A stretch of DNA of 63,948 bases, filler included, from Candidatus Hydrogenedentota bacterium (lineage in GTDB: Bacteria; JBFMHD01), in the NCBI GenBank assembly GCA_040752395.1. It is 11 parts of 11 records of this genome, joined end to end, with 100 filler letters (N's around TTAATTAATTAA, not from the genome) between each part and the next. Parts side by side here need not be neighbours in the genome. Positions count along the whole stretch, not along the records: positions 30,970 to 34,064 come from JBFMHD010000278.1; positions 34,165 to 37,205 come from JBFMHD010000279.1; positions 37,306 to 55,085 come from JBFMHD010000028.1; 8 more parts are not named here. One strand, given 5' to 3'. Shown here piece after piece: positions 31,516-41,683 of the stretch. The notes beneath the pieces were generated by a model. It was not told where the DNA came from and did no database searches. It saw only the letters and a list, made by a program, of their open reading frames with translations. Positions within the stretch are counted from its first letter, which is position 1; each line of letters begins with the position of its first letter. The position numbers were made by a program, and so were the translations under genes.

Positions 31516-31563
31516 AACTTAATTATTAAATATTATTTATTGATTTATTGATTTAGTCAAATA

Positions 31564-31773
31564 TTATATAGGTTTAACTTTTTCAGCTCTTGGTCCTTTA
31601 GGGCTTTTCGTAACCTCAAACTGTACTCTCTGTCCTTCTTTGAGAGTTTTGAATCCGGATCTCTCAATAGCTGAAAAATGAACAAAAATGTCATCTCCGC
31701 CATCCTGAGTGATAAATCCAAATCCTTTTTTCTCATCAAACCATTTCACACTACCTTGCTTTGCGTCTGTCAT
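31564..31773 (-). CDS. Cold-shock protein
   Basis: [35 protein letters not shown]. Confidence 0.96.
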   Translation of the reverse strand: MTDAKQGSVKWFDEKKGFGFITQDGGDDIFVHFSAIERSGFKTLKEGQRVQFEVTKSPKGPRAEKVKPI

Positions 31774-31910
31774 AAAAAACAATACTCCTTAAAATAAAAT
31801 TAAAAGCTATTCTCACGAAAGTAAGAATATAACGCTTTTTAGCAAAATTTACATTATATTATTATTTTGTCAAATATTTTTTAAAAAAATTTTCTTTTCC
31901 CACACACCAA

Positions 31911-32052
31911 TGAAAAGTTAAAAGTTAAAAGTAAAGAAAAACATCTGGTTTTTCATACTTTGTGCCTTTGTGCCTTTGTGCCTCTTTTCCTCCACTTTAA
32001 AGTGTCTCACGTTTCAGGGGAGCAGTATATTACAGCGTTTTTCAGAGGTGTT
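31911..32052. repeat. Mosaic intergenic element
   Basis: TGAAAAGTTAAAAG..., TTTGTGCC 8-mers, TTACAGCGTTTTTCAGAGG. Confidence 0.85.
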
Positions 32053-32058
32053 GCAGTA

Positions 32059-32994
32059 TCAATAAAAGGTTGTTCGATAAACAGGCTGAAATAACTCTAT
32101 ATTTTTCTCACAATAGTCTGATAACAGACATCTATCACATTCGGGTCGGGTCATTTCCGGGCAGTAGTTTCTGCCCTGAAAAAATAACCAGTCTATCTCT
32201 GGTGTCCCTACCTTAGCCATAGTTTTTAACATCTGTATAGCCCCAAATATACAATTTCGGATATCCATCTCTTCATCCCGCAAGACAAATCTTTGGTGTA
32301 TAATTTTATCTCTCAGTTTAACTGAACTTATCTTCACCATGCCTGTGCGTAAACTTAATCTTTGTATATGATAATCAATAATTGGTGGTATATCTTCTTT
32401 TTTTATGAATTTTTCAGGTCTGTTCTGCAAAATCATTATCAGCATATTAATCTTTTTTGATAATGGGTCTTCTTTATACCCACCTATTTTTCTCAATGAA
32501 TCCCTCAAATATATAGAGGGTGCTTTCTCTTTTTTTGCTTCTTCAACAAGTTTTAAGGGTGTAAAATTATTAGCTATCATCTCTTTCCCATAAGTCTGCA
32601 TTAAAATCAGATGTGCTGTTATTGTAGGTAATGGGCAAAACCCTTTATCACAACGCCATAACTGATTGAGGATATCAAGAGTGATATTACTCTGATATTT
32701 CTCTTTAAAAAATTCTGGTCTCTCTTTTATCATTCTCATACCCACACGCCATATAAAATCAGAACCTTTTAATTTCTCTCCCTCAATCTCTACAATCATC
32801 GGTCTCTCATATCCAACACTATTGTTATACCAGAACCCGAATTGATGTTTACTTAAAACAAAAAAGAAATCCAGTGCAAGTGGGTGGCCAACTTCAGGTA
32901 AATATTTCCCGGTAAAATTAAAAGGTTTAAATTTTTTATTATCTTTAAAAAATTTTGCTATCTTTTTAATTCTCTTCTCGTCTATCTCAATCAT
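32059..32994 (-). CDS. HhH-GPD / Q-salvage-like glycosylase-fold protein with a C-terminal 4-Cys Fe-S motif
   Basis: DPLSKK, IIDYHIQRLSLRTG, and C-x6-C-x2-C-x5-C (CPEMTRPECDRCLLSDYC) as in endonuclease III. Confidence 0.6.
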   Translation of the reverse strand: MIEIDEKRIKKIAKFFKDNKKFKPFNFTGKYLPEVGHPLALDFFFVLSKHQFGFWYNNSVGYERPMIVEIEGEKLKGSDFIWRVGMRMIKERPEFFKEKYQSNITLDILNQLWRCDKGFCPLPTITAHLILMQTYGKEMIANNFTPLKLVEEAKKEKAPSIYLRDSLRKIGGYKEDPLSKKINMLIMILQNRPEKFIKKEDIPPIIDYHIQRLSLRTGMVKISSVKLRDKIIHQRFVLRDEEMDIRNCIFGAIQMLKTMAKVGTPEIDWLFFQGRNYCPEMTRPECDRCLLSDYCEKNIELFQPVYRTTFY

Positions 32995-33054
32995 TCTTCT
33001 TGCTTTGGGCAGACTTCTTTTGTTATCTTGCTTCTTGCTTCTTGCCTCTTGCCT

Positions 33055-33930
33055 CTAATATATCACCTTATTCAAAGGATATTCTACAATCCCCATAGCT
33101 CCGGCTTCTTTTAATTCGGGTATGAGCTTTCTCACTATTTTTTCATCAATAACAGTATTGACCGCGTACCAGCCCTCTTCAGAAAGACTACTTATTGTTG
33201 GTGATTCAAGTGCAGGTACTTTTGAAATAACTTTTTTAAGATACTTTTCCTGTATGTTAAACATCAATCCCACCTTGTTTTCAGCATTAATAGCACCTTT
33301 CAAAAGTACAGCGATACTCTCTATTTTCTTGCGTTTCCATTTATCTTTATAAGCTTGTTCATTCATAATCAATCTTGGGGTGGATATCATAACAGTATCA
33401 ATGACTTTTAAATTATTTGCTTTTAAACTCGAACCTGTTTCAGTAACCTCAATTATAGCATCAGCTAAATAAGGCGGTTTCACTTCAGTAGCGCCAAAGG
33501 AAAACTCTACAATAGCATTTACACCATTTTTTTTTAAATATTCTCTGCTCATCTCGACTGCTTCGGTTGCTATCCTTTTACCCTCTAAATCTTTTACGCT
33601 CTTAAATCTCGACTCCTGAGGTACAGCTAATACCCAGCATACAGGTCTTGAACTCTGTTTTGCATATACAAGCTCGCATATCTCTTTTACTCTTGCTTTG
33701 CTCTCAATTATCCAGTCTATACCTGTTATCCCTGCATCTAAAACTCCGGCCTCAATATATCTTGCCATCTCCTGCGCCCTGATTAGCATACACTCGAGTT
33801 CGTCATCATCCGAGACCGGGAAATAAGATCGTGATTGCACTGCTATCTTATAGCCTGCCTTCTCAAACAACTTTATCGTTGCTTCCTGAAGACTACCTGC
33901 TGGTATCCCAAGTTTTAATACCCGTTGCAT
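33055..33930 (-). CDS. hisG: ATP phosphoribosyltransferase (long form)
   Basis: [32 protein letters not shown] and C-terminal ACT domain; true start MQRVL at 33930. Confidence 0.96.
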   Translation of the reverse strand: MQRVLKLGIPAGSLQEATIKLFEKAGYKIAVQSRSYFPVSDDDELECMLIRAQEMARYIEAGVLDAGITGIDWIIESKARVKEICELVYAKQSSRPVCWVLAVPQESRFKSVKDLEGKRIATEAVEMSREYLKKNGVNAIVEFSFGATEVKPPYLADAIIEVTETGSSLKANNLKVIDTVMISTPRLIMNEQAYKDKWKRKKIESIAVLLKGAINAENKVGLMFNIQEKYLKKVISKVPALESPTISSLSEEGWYAVNTVIDEKIVRKLIPELKEAGAMGIVEYPLNKVIY

Positions 33931-33938
33931 AATAATAA

Positions 33939-34064
33939 CTCCTCTGAAAAACATTGTAACTCTAATGATATCAAGTAGAAGCAAGAGGCAAGAAGCAAGA
34001 TAACGGAAGAAGTGAGAGGTATCAGGACAGGCTACAGGCTACGGACTACAGCCGGCTGGAGCCC
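33939..34064 (-). repeat. Mosaic element with the RBS module of hisG, at a contig end
   Basis: Reverse complement ...CTACTTGATATCATTAGAGTTACAATGTTTTTCAGAGGAG-8 nt-ATG. Confidence 0.92.
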
Positions 34065-34164
34065 NNNNNNNNNNNNNNNNNNNNNNNNNNNNNNNNNNNN
34101 NNNNNNNNTTAATTAATTAANNNNNNNNNNNNNNNNNNNNNNNNNNNNNNNNNNNNNNNNNNNN

Positions 34165-34352
34165 GACTACAGCCGGCTGGAGCCCGAAGCCAAAAGCCTC
34201 CTGAAAAGTCTTGAGTCTTGAGTCTCGAGTCCTGTTTTGACTCACGACTTGCGACTCACGACTCTTTTCATATCATCTTTAGTTTTTCATATATTGTGTA
34301 GAGCGGAACCCGCGCTCATGACGACTCACGACTCTCGACTCTTTGACTCCAT
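34165..34352. repeat. Mosaic element downstream of rpmD, at a contig start
   Basis: GACTACAGCCGGCTGGAGCC, GAGTC/GACTC module, GTGTAGAGCGGAACCCGCGCTC. Confidence 0.92.
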
Positions 34353-34361
34353 AGACTGATT

Positions 34362-34538
34362 TCATCTCATCTCTTCAATAAGATATCTGACTTTATTTAA
34401 CATCCCCCTGATCTCGGGTCTATCATAAACCTCTCGAATATGTCCGATCTTCTTTAATCCCAGAGCTTTTAAAATTTTTCTATGCTGTGGTATTCTGCCA
34501 AACCTGCTTTTTTTCAATTTTATTTTAATTTTATTCAT
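34362..34538 (-). CDS. rpmD: 50S ribosomal protein L30 (missing from the ORF track)
   Basis: Manual translation [58 protein letters not shown]; follows rpsE. Confidence 0.95.
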   Translation of the reverse strand: MNKIKIKLKKSRFGRIPQHRKILKALGLKKIGHIREVYDRPEIRGMLNKVRYLIEEMR

Positions 34539-35103
34539 TTACCTGTTCCTTATCTTTTATATTTTCTTTATATGTTTCTATCTTTTTCTTTGTGCTTGGT
34601 TTTAATTCTTCAGTGGTTTTACCACGATTTTTTGCTATCTTCTCAATATCATAGATACTGAGCAGCCCTTTTACAGTGGCTTTTACAACGTTCATAGCAT
34701 TGTTAGCACCAAGCGATTTAGCAAGACAATTCTTTATTCCTGCTGCTTCAAGAATAGCCCTTACAGGTCCACCGGCAATAACACCTGTTCCAGGAGAAGC
34801 AGGTTTTAATATCACTTTAGCTGCTCCATGAACACCTATTACACCATGGGGTATAGTGCCTTTTTTCCTTGGTATACGAATAAGATTTTTTCTTGCTTTT
34901 TCCACGCCTTTTCTTATAGCTTCAGGAACCTCATTTGCTTTCCCAACCGCTATGCCAATTACACCATCTTTATTACCAACAACAATCACGGCTCTAAACC
35001 CCAAATTTTTGCCACCCTTAACAACTTTAGCCACACGGCTTAAACTTACAAGTCTATCTTCTAATTCATAATCATTCGGATTAATAATCTCTCGTATACC
35101 CAA
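34531..35103 (-). CDS. rpsE: 30S ribosomal protein S5
   Basis: [34 protein letters not shown] start at 35103 after GGAGG. Confidence 0.97.
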   Translation of the reverse strand: MGIREIINPNDYELEDRLVSLSRVAKVVKGGKNLGFRAVIVVGNKDGVIGIAVGKANEVPEAIRKGVEKARKNLIRIPRKKGTIPHGVIGVHGAAKVILKPASPGTGVIAGGPVRAILEAAGIKNCLAKSLGANNAMNVVKATVKGLLSIYDIEKIAKNRGKTTEELKPSTKKKIETYKENIKDKEQVNE

Positions 35104-35109
35104 GCTATA

Positions 35110-35430
35110 ACCTCCTCTGAAAAACGTTGTAACTCTAATAATATCAAATAGAAGCAAGAAGCACGATAACGGAAGAAGTGAGAGGTGTCAGGACGGGCTA
35201 CAGGCTACAGGCTACGGACTACAGCCGGCTGGAGCCAAAAGCCAAAAGCCTGCTGAAAAGTCTTGAGTCTTGAGTCTCGAGTCCTGTTTTGACTCACGAC
35301 TCTTTTTATATCATCTTTAGTTTTTCATACTTTGTGTAGAGCGCAAAAATCCAAAAACGCAATAACCCAAGAACCCAATAGTGTAGAGCGCAAACCGCGC
35401 TCATGTTGACTCCTTCGAAAAAGTTGATGA
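35110..35430. repeat. About 320-bp mosaic element between rplR and rpsE
   Basis: Carries REP-like, GGTTCTT, GAGTC/GACTC, GTAGCCT and RBS modules. Confidence 0.93.
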
Positions 35431-35802
35431 TTAAAACTTCAGGCCTGATTCTCTTGCGGCTTCAGCCATCTCTTTAACCCTGCCATGATATAAATGTCCA
35501 CCTCGATCAAGAACCACTTTTTCAATCCCTTTTTCCATAGCTTTTTTTGCTAAGACCTCGCCAACAAGCTTAGCTATCTCTTTCTTTGTTTTTTTATTAT
35601 TTTTTAAAATATCTTTTATCTCTTTACTTAGACTTGAACAGAAAATTAATGTCCTTTGTTCCTCATCATTAATAATTTGAGCATAAATATGCTTTAAACT
35701 TTTATGAATAGATAATCTTGGTCTCTCAGTTGTCCCGAATATCCTCTTCCTTATCCTTAGTTTCCTCTTTTTGTATTTCTCTACCCGACTCATTCTTGTC
35801 AT
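35431..35802 (-). CDS. rplR: 50S ribosomal protein L18
   Basis: GTTERPRLS, HIYAQII, DRGG..YHGRV. Confidence 0.97.
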   Translation of the reverse strand: MTRMSRVEKYKKRKLRIRKRIFGTTERPRLSIHKSLKHIYAQIINDEEQRTLIFCSSLSKEIKDILKNNKKTKKEIAKLVGEVLAKKAMEKGIEKVVLDRGGHLYHGRVKEMAEAARESGLKF

Positions 35803-35817
35803 AAGCTATCCGAAGTA

Positions 35818-36372
35818 TTATTTTACAACAGCTTTACCAGCTTTTCGTCTCACATATTCTCCAAACAATCTTATACCTTTGCCTTGATAAGGTTCAGGTT
35901 CTTTTATAGCTCTAATCTTTGCCGCAGTATTGGTGACGAGTTCTTTGTCAATACCCTTGATTGTTATAATAGAATTTTTTTCTTTATCTAACTCAATATT
36001 AATACTCAACCCCTCTGGGATCTCAAAATTAACAGGGTGCGAAAAACCAAGAGATAATACAAGATTTTTCCCTTTTAATTCAGCCTTATAACCCATACCC
36101 ATAATGTGCAATTTCTTTTCATAACCACTGATTACCCCGGTGAACATTCCTTGAATTAATCTATAATATAAACCCTGTAATGCTTTTGTTTCACTATCTG
36201 AAGCAATGGTTATTACCGTTATATTATCTTCGTTTTTTTGAATTTCAATTTTATCATTTCTAAATTTCCGTTTTAGTTTACCCTTAGGTCCTTCAACAAA
36301 AATAGTGTCATTTTCAATAACTACTTTTACTCCTTGCGGTATTTTAATAGGTTTACCAGCTATCCTCGACAT
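35818..36372 (-). CDS. rplF: 50S ribosomal protein L6
   Basis: MSRIAGKPI, GPKG, LGFSHP, PEPYQGKGI. Confidence 0.97.
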   Translation of the reverse strand: MSRIAGKPIKIPQGVKVVIENDTIFVEGPKGKLKRKFRNDKIEIQKNEDNITVITIASDSETKALQGLYYRLIQGMFTGVISGYEKKLHIMGMGYKAELKGKNLVLSLGFSHPVNFEIPEGLSINIELDKEKNSIITIKGIDKELVTNTAAKIRAIKEPEPYQGKGIRLFGEYVRRKAGKAVVK

Positions 36373-36384
36373 CGTTTACTCCCT

Positions 36385-36619
36385 TATGTCGCTTCGCTCC
36401 ATTGTAAATTGTAAATTACAAATTTATTTGCCTACTACGGGTCTTGTGACCCTCACTACTTCGTCGGAGTTCGGAGTTCGGAGCTCGGAGCTCGGATCTA
36501 TTATTACGAACTCCTAACTCCTAACTTTTTCATACTTTGTGCCTTTGTGCCTCTTCGGTTATCTTGCTCCTTGCCTCTTGCCTCTAATTCGTGCTGTTTC
36601 TTGCTTCTTGCTTCTAATA
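36385..36619. repeat. Mosaic element between rpsH and rplF
   Basis: TTGTAAA arrays, GTAG hairpin, GGAGTTC/CTCCTAA module, TTTGTGCC and TCTTGC arrays. Confidence 0.9.
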
Positions 36620-37018
36620 CTAATACACCACACAGATACGCTCGCCACCGAGATTGTTCTTCTTTGCTTTTGAATTTGTCATTAACCCTTTTGAAGTAGA
36701 AATAATTTCTATACCTACCCCGGCCATAACAGGTCTAATATCAGCTGATTTCACATAGACTCTACCACCTGGTCTTGAAATCCTTACAAGTTGGTGAATA
36801 ACAGGTTCACCTTCGTCATTATATTTCAAAAATATTCTAATAATTCCACGTTTATCGTTTTTTACAATCTTGAAATGTTTTATAAACCCTTCTTCTTTTA
36901 ATATTTTTGCTATACCTATTTTTAATCTTGATGAGGGTATATCAACTTTTGCATATCTTTCTTTATTAGCATTGCGGATACGTGTTAACATATCAGCTAT
37001 AGGATCAGTCATTACCAT
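36620..37018 (-). CDS. rpsH: 30S ribosomal protein S8
   Basis: TDPIADMLTRIRNA, ISRPG.RVY, STSKG, GGE. Confidence 0.97.
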   Translation of the reverse strand: MVMTDPIADMLTRIRNANKERYAKVDIPSSRLKIGIAKILKEEGFIKHFKIVKNDKRGIIRIFLKYNDEGEPVIHQLVRISRPGGRVYVKSADIRPVMAGVGIEIISTSKGLMTNSKAKKNNLGGERICVVY

Positions 37019-37029
37019 TTTTAATTAGT

Positions 37030-37205
37030 TCCTCCTCTGAAAAACGCTGTAACTCTAATAATTCGGGGTACAGGCTACAGGCTACGGACTACAGCCGGCT
37101 GGAGCCAAAAGCCAAACGCCTGCTGAAAAGTCTTGAGTCTTGAGTCTTGAGTCTTGAGTCTTGAGTCCTGTTTTGACTCACGACTCTTTTCATATCATCT
37201 TTAGT
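37030..37205. repeat. Mosaic element with the RBS module of rpsH, at a contig end
   Basis: CCTCCTCTGAAAAACGCTGTAAC, GGCTACA array and a five-unit AGTCTTG array. Confidence 0.92.
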
Positions 37206-37305
37206 NNNNNNNNNNNNNNNNNNNNNNNNNNNNNNNNNNNNNNNNNNNNTTAATTAATTAANNNNNNNNNNNNNNNNNNNNNNNNNNNNNNNNNNNNNNN
37301 NNNNN

Positions 37306-38577
37306 GCGTTTACATTTTTCAAGTTCAGAGATAATCTCCATCGCTCTTATCTTAGGTGCGCCTGAGACCGTACCTGCTGGAAATGATGCTTTTAATACAT
37401 CGAACATCGATTTATTTTTCTTTATTTTCGCTGTTACGTTTGAGACTATATGCATAACGTGTGAATATCTTTCTATAACCATCAGGTCATCGACCTTAAC
37501 CTCGTTACATACTCTTCCTAAATCATTTCTTCCTAAATCAACAAGCATAATATGTTCAGCCCGTTCCTTGGGGTCAGCTAACAGTTCGGCTTCGAGTTTT
37601 TTATCTTCTTGTTCTGTCTTTCCCCGTGGCCTTGTTCCTGCGATCGGCCTCAATCTCGCTCTGTCACCCGTTACTGTTACAAGGATCTCCGGCGAAGAAC
37701 CTATAAGTTTGAGTTCAGGAGTATCAAAATAAAACATATATGGTGACGGATTCAAAATTCTAAGAGCCCTGTAAATATTAAACGGCTCAGCAGAGGTCTC
37801 TTTTTCAAACCGCTGTGATAAAACTACCTGGAATATATCTCCCTCATAAATGTAATCTTTGCACTTCTTAACAACTCGTTTGAAACTTTCTTTTTTAAAA
37901 TTTGATTCGAATTGAGTTGCTGATTTTTTGTTAGATCTTTCAGTTGATGGTAGCATAACCCCTTTTTGTAGTTTATCTTTTATCTTTTTAATTTTTTCTA
38001 ACCCTTCCTCATAAACATTCCTGGGGTCTTTATCGCCGGTTCTTAAAATAGTAGTTATAATCACTTTACGTTTAAAATTATCAAATATAATCAGAGTATC
38101 AGTAAATAAAAAATAGAAATCAGGCACCTCTAAATCTGTTCTATTTTTCATTATAGGAGCGAGCCTCTCCTCAATAAAACCTACTGCCTCATAACCGATA
38201 TATCCAACAGCTCCTCCTAAAAACGGAGAAATCTTTTCATTAACTAAATCAATCTTTTCTTCACAAACGAGACCCTCAAGAACTGTCCATGGATTACCTC
38301 TAACTATTAGCTCTGTATCATTCTCTTTTATAGAAATTTTATTTCCATAAGATTTAAATATTTTTCGTGGCGATATACCTATAAAAGAGTATCTTGCAAA
38401 TGGTAGCCCGCTTTCAACACTCTCAAGTAAAAAGTTGTAATTACCCTCTTCTGATACAGAAAGGTACGCTGAAACCGGGGTTAATAAATCAGCCAGTAAT
38501 TCAGTCGATAATACTATATTCTTTATTCCGATTTTTACTAAAGATAAATACTCTTTTATTTCTGGATAAACCTTCAT
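37306..38577 (-). CDS. trpE: Anthranilate synthase component I (3' end cut by the contig end)
   Basis: LLESVE, GDIFQVVLSQRF, NPSPYM, RPIAGTRPRG, EHIMLVDLGRND, FPAGTVSGAPK. Confidence 0.93.
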
Positions 38578-39887
38578 TATAAATATTCCCTCTTTATTTC
38601 ATCCATCCTGTTTTTAACACCATTGGCAAGATTTCTTAAATTTTCGTCAAATGGATATGAGTTATATTCTTGATAAAGCTTTTCATAATTATCTACGGCT
38701 TTCTGAAAATTACGCATAAACCGAACCCTGTCATAAATAATCGCTTTGTTGTAGAGTGCATAGCCACAGGCATCGGTACCAGGATAATTATTAACAGTAC
38801 CATCAAGCTCGGCAAATGCCTTATTATAATATTCTATGGTTTTCTGCACAGAGCGTTCTTTTGTAAGCATATAATCAGCAATCTCTTTATAAAATAATCC
38901 TATGTTAAGCCTTGCATTATCACAGTATTCGCTTGTTTTGTAAGATACGATTACTTTTAGATATTCAATAATAGCATCCTCAAAATTTGTAAGCGGTATC
39001 TCTTCCTTAACGCTGAGTTCATAATCATCTATCTCAAACTGGGTTTTAGCTATCATATTCTGACTGAGCGCGATATAAAATTGTGCTCTATCATTGAACT
39101 CTCCACCCGAAAACTTTATTTTAACTCTCTGGTACTGGTCTTTTGCTTTTTCAAATAAAGTTTTAGACTCATTAAACTTTTTAATAGCTTCTTCTTTTTT
39201 TTTCTGGTTTTTATCTTCTTTAGCAGAAGCGAACTTGTTCATGCCATCTTCATAATACGCATCACCGATCCTTAATGATACGAACTCTATTAAAACACCT
39301 TTCGGAAACTTATATAATAACCTGGTATATTCGGTAATCGCTTTAACATAATAACCACGTTTGAATATCTCCTCAGCAAACTGATACTGCTCAAGTTCTT
39401 CTACTGATGCATGCTTAAAAAGATATTTTAAAGTTTTGTCTTTGCCTGGCTCATCGCTAACCGCTTCTCTACTTAAATAATTATCAATACTTGAATAAAC
39501 GATAAACGGGAAACACTCTGGCACTCTTTCGTAATCTTTTACTTTTGTTTCTTTTAAACCTTCATAACAAATTATTACCTCATACCTTAATTCCTCGATA
39601 ACCGTTCCATCCTGCTTTTTATTTTTAAAACCTATTGTAGTTTTGCCCGTCTCAAGTGGTAAAAAATAATAAATATCTTTTGCGTAACTCTCATCATACT
39701 CTTTCTTCTCAAATTTTATCCTTTCTGTCTCGAGTAGTATAAGCTCTGTTGTAATTCCCTCTGGTGGATGATTTATTCCTATTTTAAATATTTTATTTAA
39801 TTCACAATGTATCGTTTTGAATGAAACAGATGGCGTTAACGCAATATTAAAAAATAATAGACCAGCAAGAATAATTTTTTTTAACAT
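38577..39887 (-). CDS. Secreted TPR-repeat protein
   Basis: Signal peptide; repeated helical motifs (A...Y..YP, RIGDAYY, AQFYIA). Confidence 0.75.
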   Translation of the reverse strand: MLKKIILAGLLFFNIALTPSVSFKTIHCELNKIFKIGINHPPEGITTELILLETERIKFEKKEYDESYAKDIYYFLPLETGKTTIGFKNKKQDGTVIEELRYEVIICYEGLKETKVKDYERVPECFPFIVYSSIDNYLSREAVSDEPGKDKTLKYLFKHASVEELEQYQFAEEIFKRGYYVKAITEYTRLLYKFPKGVLIEFVSLRIGDAYYEDGMNKFASAKEDKNQKKKEEAIKKFNESKTLFEKAKDQYQRVKIKFSGGEFNDRAQFYIALSQNMIAKTQFEIDDYELSVKEEIPLTNFEDAIIEYLKVIVSYKTSEYCDNARLNIGLFYKEIADYMLTKERSVQKTIEYYNKAFAELDGTVNNYPGTDACGYALYNKAIIYDRVRFMRNFQKAVDNYEKLYQEYNSYPFDENLRNLANGVKNRMDEIKREYL

Positions 39888-40492
39888 TTAGCGAACCATT
39901 TTAATACCCTGATAAATTTTTCTAACGGGAAACCCATCACATTATAATAAGAACCGTCTATACTTTCAATGAATTCTTCTCTTGTTTCCTGAACACCATA
40001 TGCTCCAGCTTTATCAAAAGGTTTGTATAAATAAATATACTTTTTTATCATATTATCATCAAGAACTTTAAATCTAACAAGACTCGTATCAGTAAATACT
40101 TCATAACTGCCCTCAGGAACCCTGTATAAAGTTACACCGGAATATACTCTTTGAACCCGGCCTGATAATATTTTCAACATTCTGTATGCTTCTTTATCAT
40201 CTCTGGGTTTTCCTAATATTTTATCATCTATAAAGACAATTGTATCTACACCTATAACAATGGTCCTCTTGTTTTTAAGTAAATCTATTGAGCTCTGTGC
40301 TTTTAAAAAAGATAATATTTTTACAAGTCTTACAGGATCCTTAATACCTTTTATGGACCCACTTTCTATTCCCTCACTCAGTTTAGGAAACAAGAATTTT
40401 ATCTTTTTAAAATGTTTTTTTAATAACTCCCTCCTTCTTGGCGATGAAGTAGAGGCGTAAAACTCTATGTCTCTACAAGAACATAATTTCAT
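39881..40492 (-). CDS. maf: Maf family nucleotide pyrophosphatase
   Basis: STSSPRRRELL, GVDTIV, ILGKP, DKAGAYG, GSYYNVMGFP. Confidence 0.95.
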   Translation of the reverse strand: MKLCSCRDIEFYASTSSPRRRELLKKHFKKIKFLFPKLSEGIESGSIKGIKDPVRLVKILSFLKAQSSIDLLKNKRTIVIGVDTIVFIDDKILGKPRDDKEAYRMLKILSGRVQRVYSGVTLYRVPEGSYEVFTDTSLVRFKVLDDNMIKKYIYLYKPFDKAGAYGVQETREEFIESIDGSYYNVMGFPLEKFIRVLKWFAKC

Positions 40493-41085
40493 AAATTATC
40501 TTTTTCTATTTTTAGTATCTCACTTAATTTTTTTATCCTGATGACACGATGACTTTTAAAACTATTCTTCATATTCCAGGGGCAGGTAAGCAAATAGACC
40601 CTTTGCACAACTTTTGAGATATCAAAAGCAAAATGTAACCCATCATCAACAAAAAAATCAAATTTATAACCTGATTTCCTGATTACCCTGCTCTTTGGTG
40701 TTCTGTCTGCTACCAGTATATCATCCACAAGTATCCTGTTTTTTATAAACCATCTTCGGGTTTCGAACACGCTCACAGATGGTCGTGAAGTAACTACCAC
40801 AATACTCTTTCGCATTTTTTTTAATTCATCAATGAATCTTCGCGCATCTTCAATGAGCGGTATGTCTTTCCATTTGTTTTCATTATTAAATTCATTAAGA
40901 ATTGTATCCATTAAAGGTTCTGACATACCCAGCGCCTTTTGCAGCGAATAATCTTTTATCTCAGCCACCCTGTATCTCTCCCCTGTTTTCACATATACAA
41001 ACTCAAGAAAAGTTGATACAAAATCAGCTAAAATATTATCAAGATCAAGACCCACTATAGACACGATGAATACCTGCCCCAGCAA
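40489..41085 (-). CDS. HAD-superfamily 5'(3')-nucleotidase-like protein
   Basis: GLDLDNILAD, VVTSR, FVDD, PWN. Confidence 0.85.
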   Translation of the reverse strand: MLGQVFIVSIVGLDLDNILADFVSTFLEFVYVKTGERYRVAEIKDYSLQKALGMSEPLMDTILNEFNNENKWKDIPLIEDARRFIDELKKMRKSIVVVTSRPSVSVFETRRWFIKNRILVDDILVADRTPKSRVIRKSGYKFDFFVDDGLHFAFDISKVVQRVYLLTCPWNMKNSFKSHRVIRIKKLSEILKIEKDNL

Positions 41086-41145
41086 TTTTAATGAATGGAA
41101 TCACATTATTTATGTAGCAATCAATAATGTGGGTATAAAAAATAC

Positions 41146-41174
41146 TTAAGGCCAGGTGATCAGCCTGGCCTTAA
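41146..41174. terminator. Hairpin, possible terminator downstream of flgM
   Basis: TTAAGGCCAGG-TGATCAG-CCTGGCCTTAA, a perfect 11-bp stem. Confidence 0.55.
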
Positions 41175-41291
41175 TTCCTTATAAATATAGATGAGGAAGT
41201 ATATAAATTCTTATGACCTTATAAGTCCGTCTGGGGCTTAAATCACTTACCTCATCCTGTCCCTTTCCCCATCATGCAACCATTATCTCGT

Positions 41292-41579
41292 TTAAAGCCC
41301 CATACTCTCTATAATCTTTTCAGCTACAACCTCTGCTACTTTCTCAGATAAATATTCGCCACTATCTAATTTTTTTCGTGCTTCTTCTACTTTTTCTTTT
41401 CTAATATCCGGCGCTTCTTTTATCACTTCTTTTATTGCTGATTTTAAATGCTCTGCTTTTGCTGTATCTGAAATTACAACACTATCTTTAATAGTATCTG
41501 ATTTAGAGACTTTCTCAGAGGATTTCTTATAAGTTTTGTCAAGTGGAGTTGTACCTGTAATCCGTAGAATGTCTGTCAT
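41292..41579 (-). CDS. flgM: Anti-sigma-28 factor FlgM
   Basis: DSVVISD.A...PDIRKEKVEE.R..L..GEY. Confidence 0.85.
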   Translation of the reverse strand: MTDILRITGTTPLDKTYKKSSEKVSKSDTIKDSVVISDTAKAEHLKSAIKEVIKEAPDIRKEKVEEARKKLDSGEYLSEKVAEVVAEKIIESMGL

Positions 41580-41600
41580 CTTAATGTCCCTCCATTTACC

Positions 41601-41628
41601 TTTTCGTCAAATACTTTAATAAACTTTA
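41601..41628 (-). promoter_or_regulatory. Putative sigma-28 promoter of flgM
   Basis: TAAA-N16-GACGAAAA versus consensus TAAA-N15-GCCGATAA. Confidence 0.5.
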
Positions 41629-41683
41629 ATAATTTTTTCAAACATTTTTTAAAGATTATATATTTTTACTGCTAATATTATAA

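Noticed and set aside
34044-34185. 21-nt overlap between the end of one contig and the start of the next, suggesting rpmD-hisG adjacency
   Set aside because: The overlap lies in multi-copy module C, so it gives no evidence of linkage.
20820-37205. Mosaic repeats as a CRISPR array
   Set aside because: There is no constant repeat with unique equal-length spacers and no cas genes. The repeats are dispersed modules.
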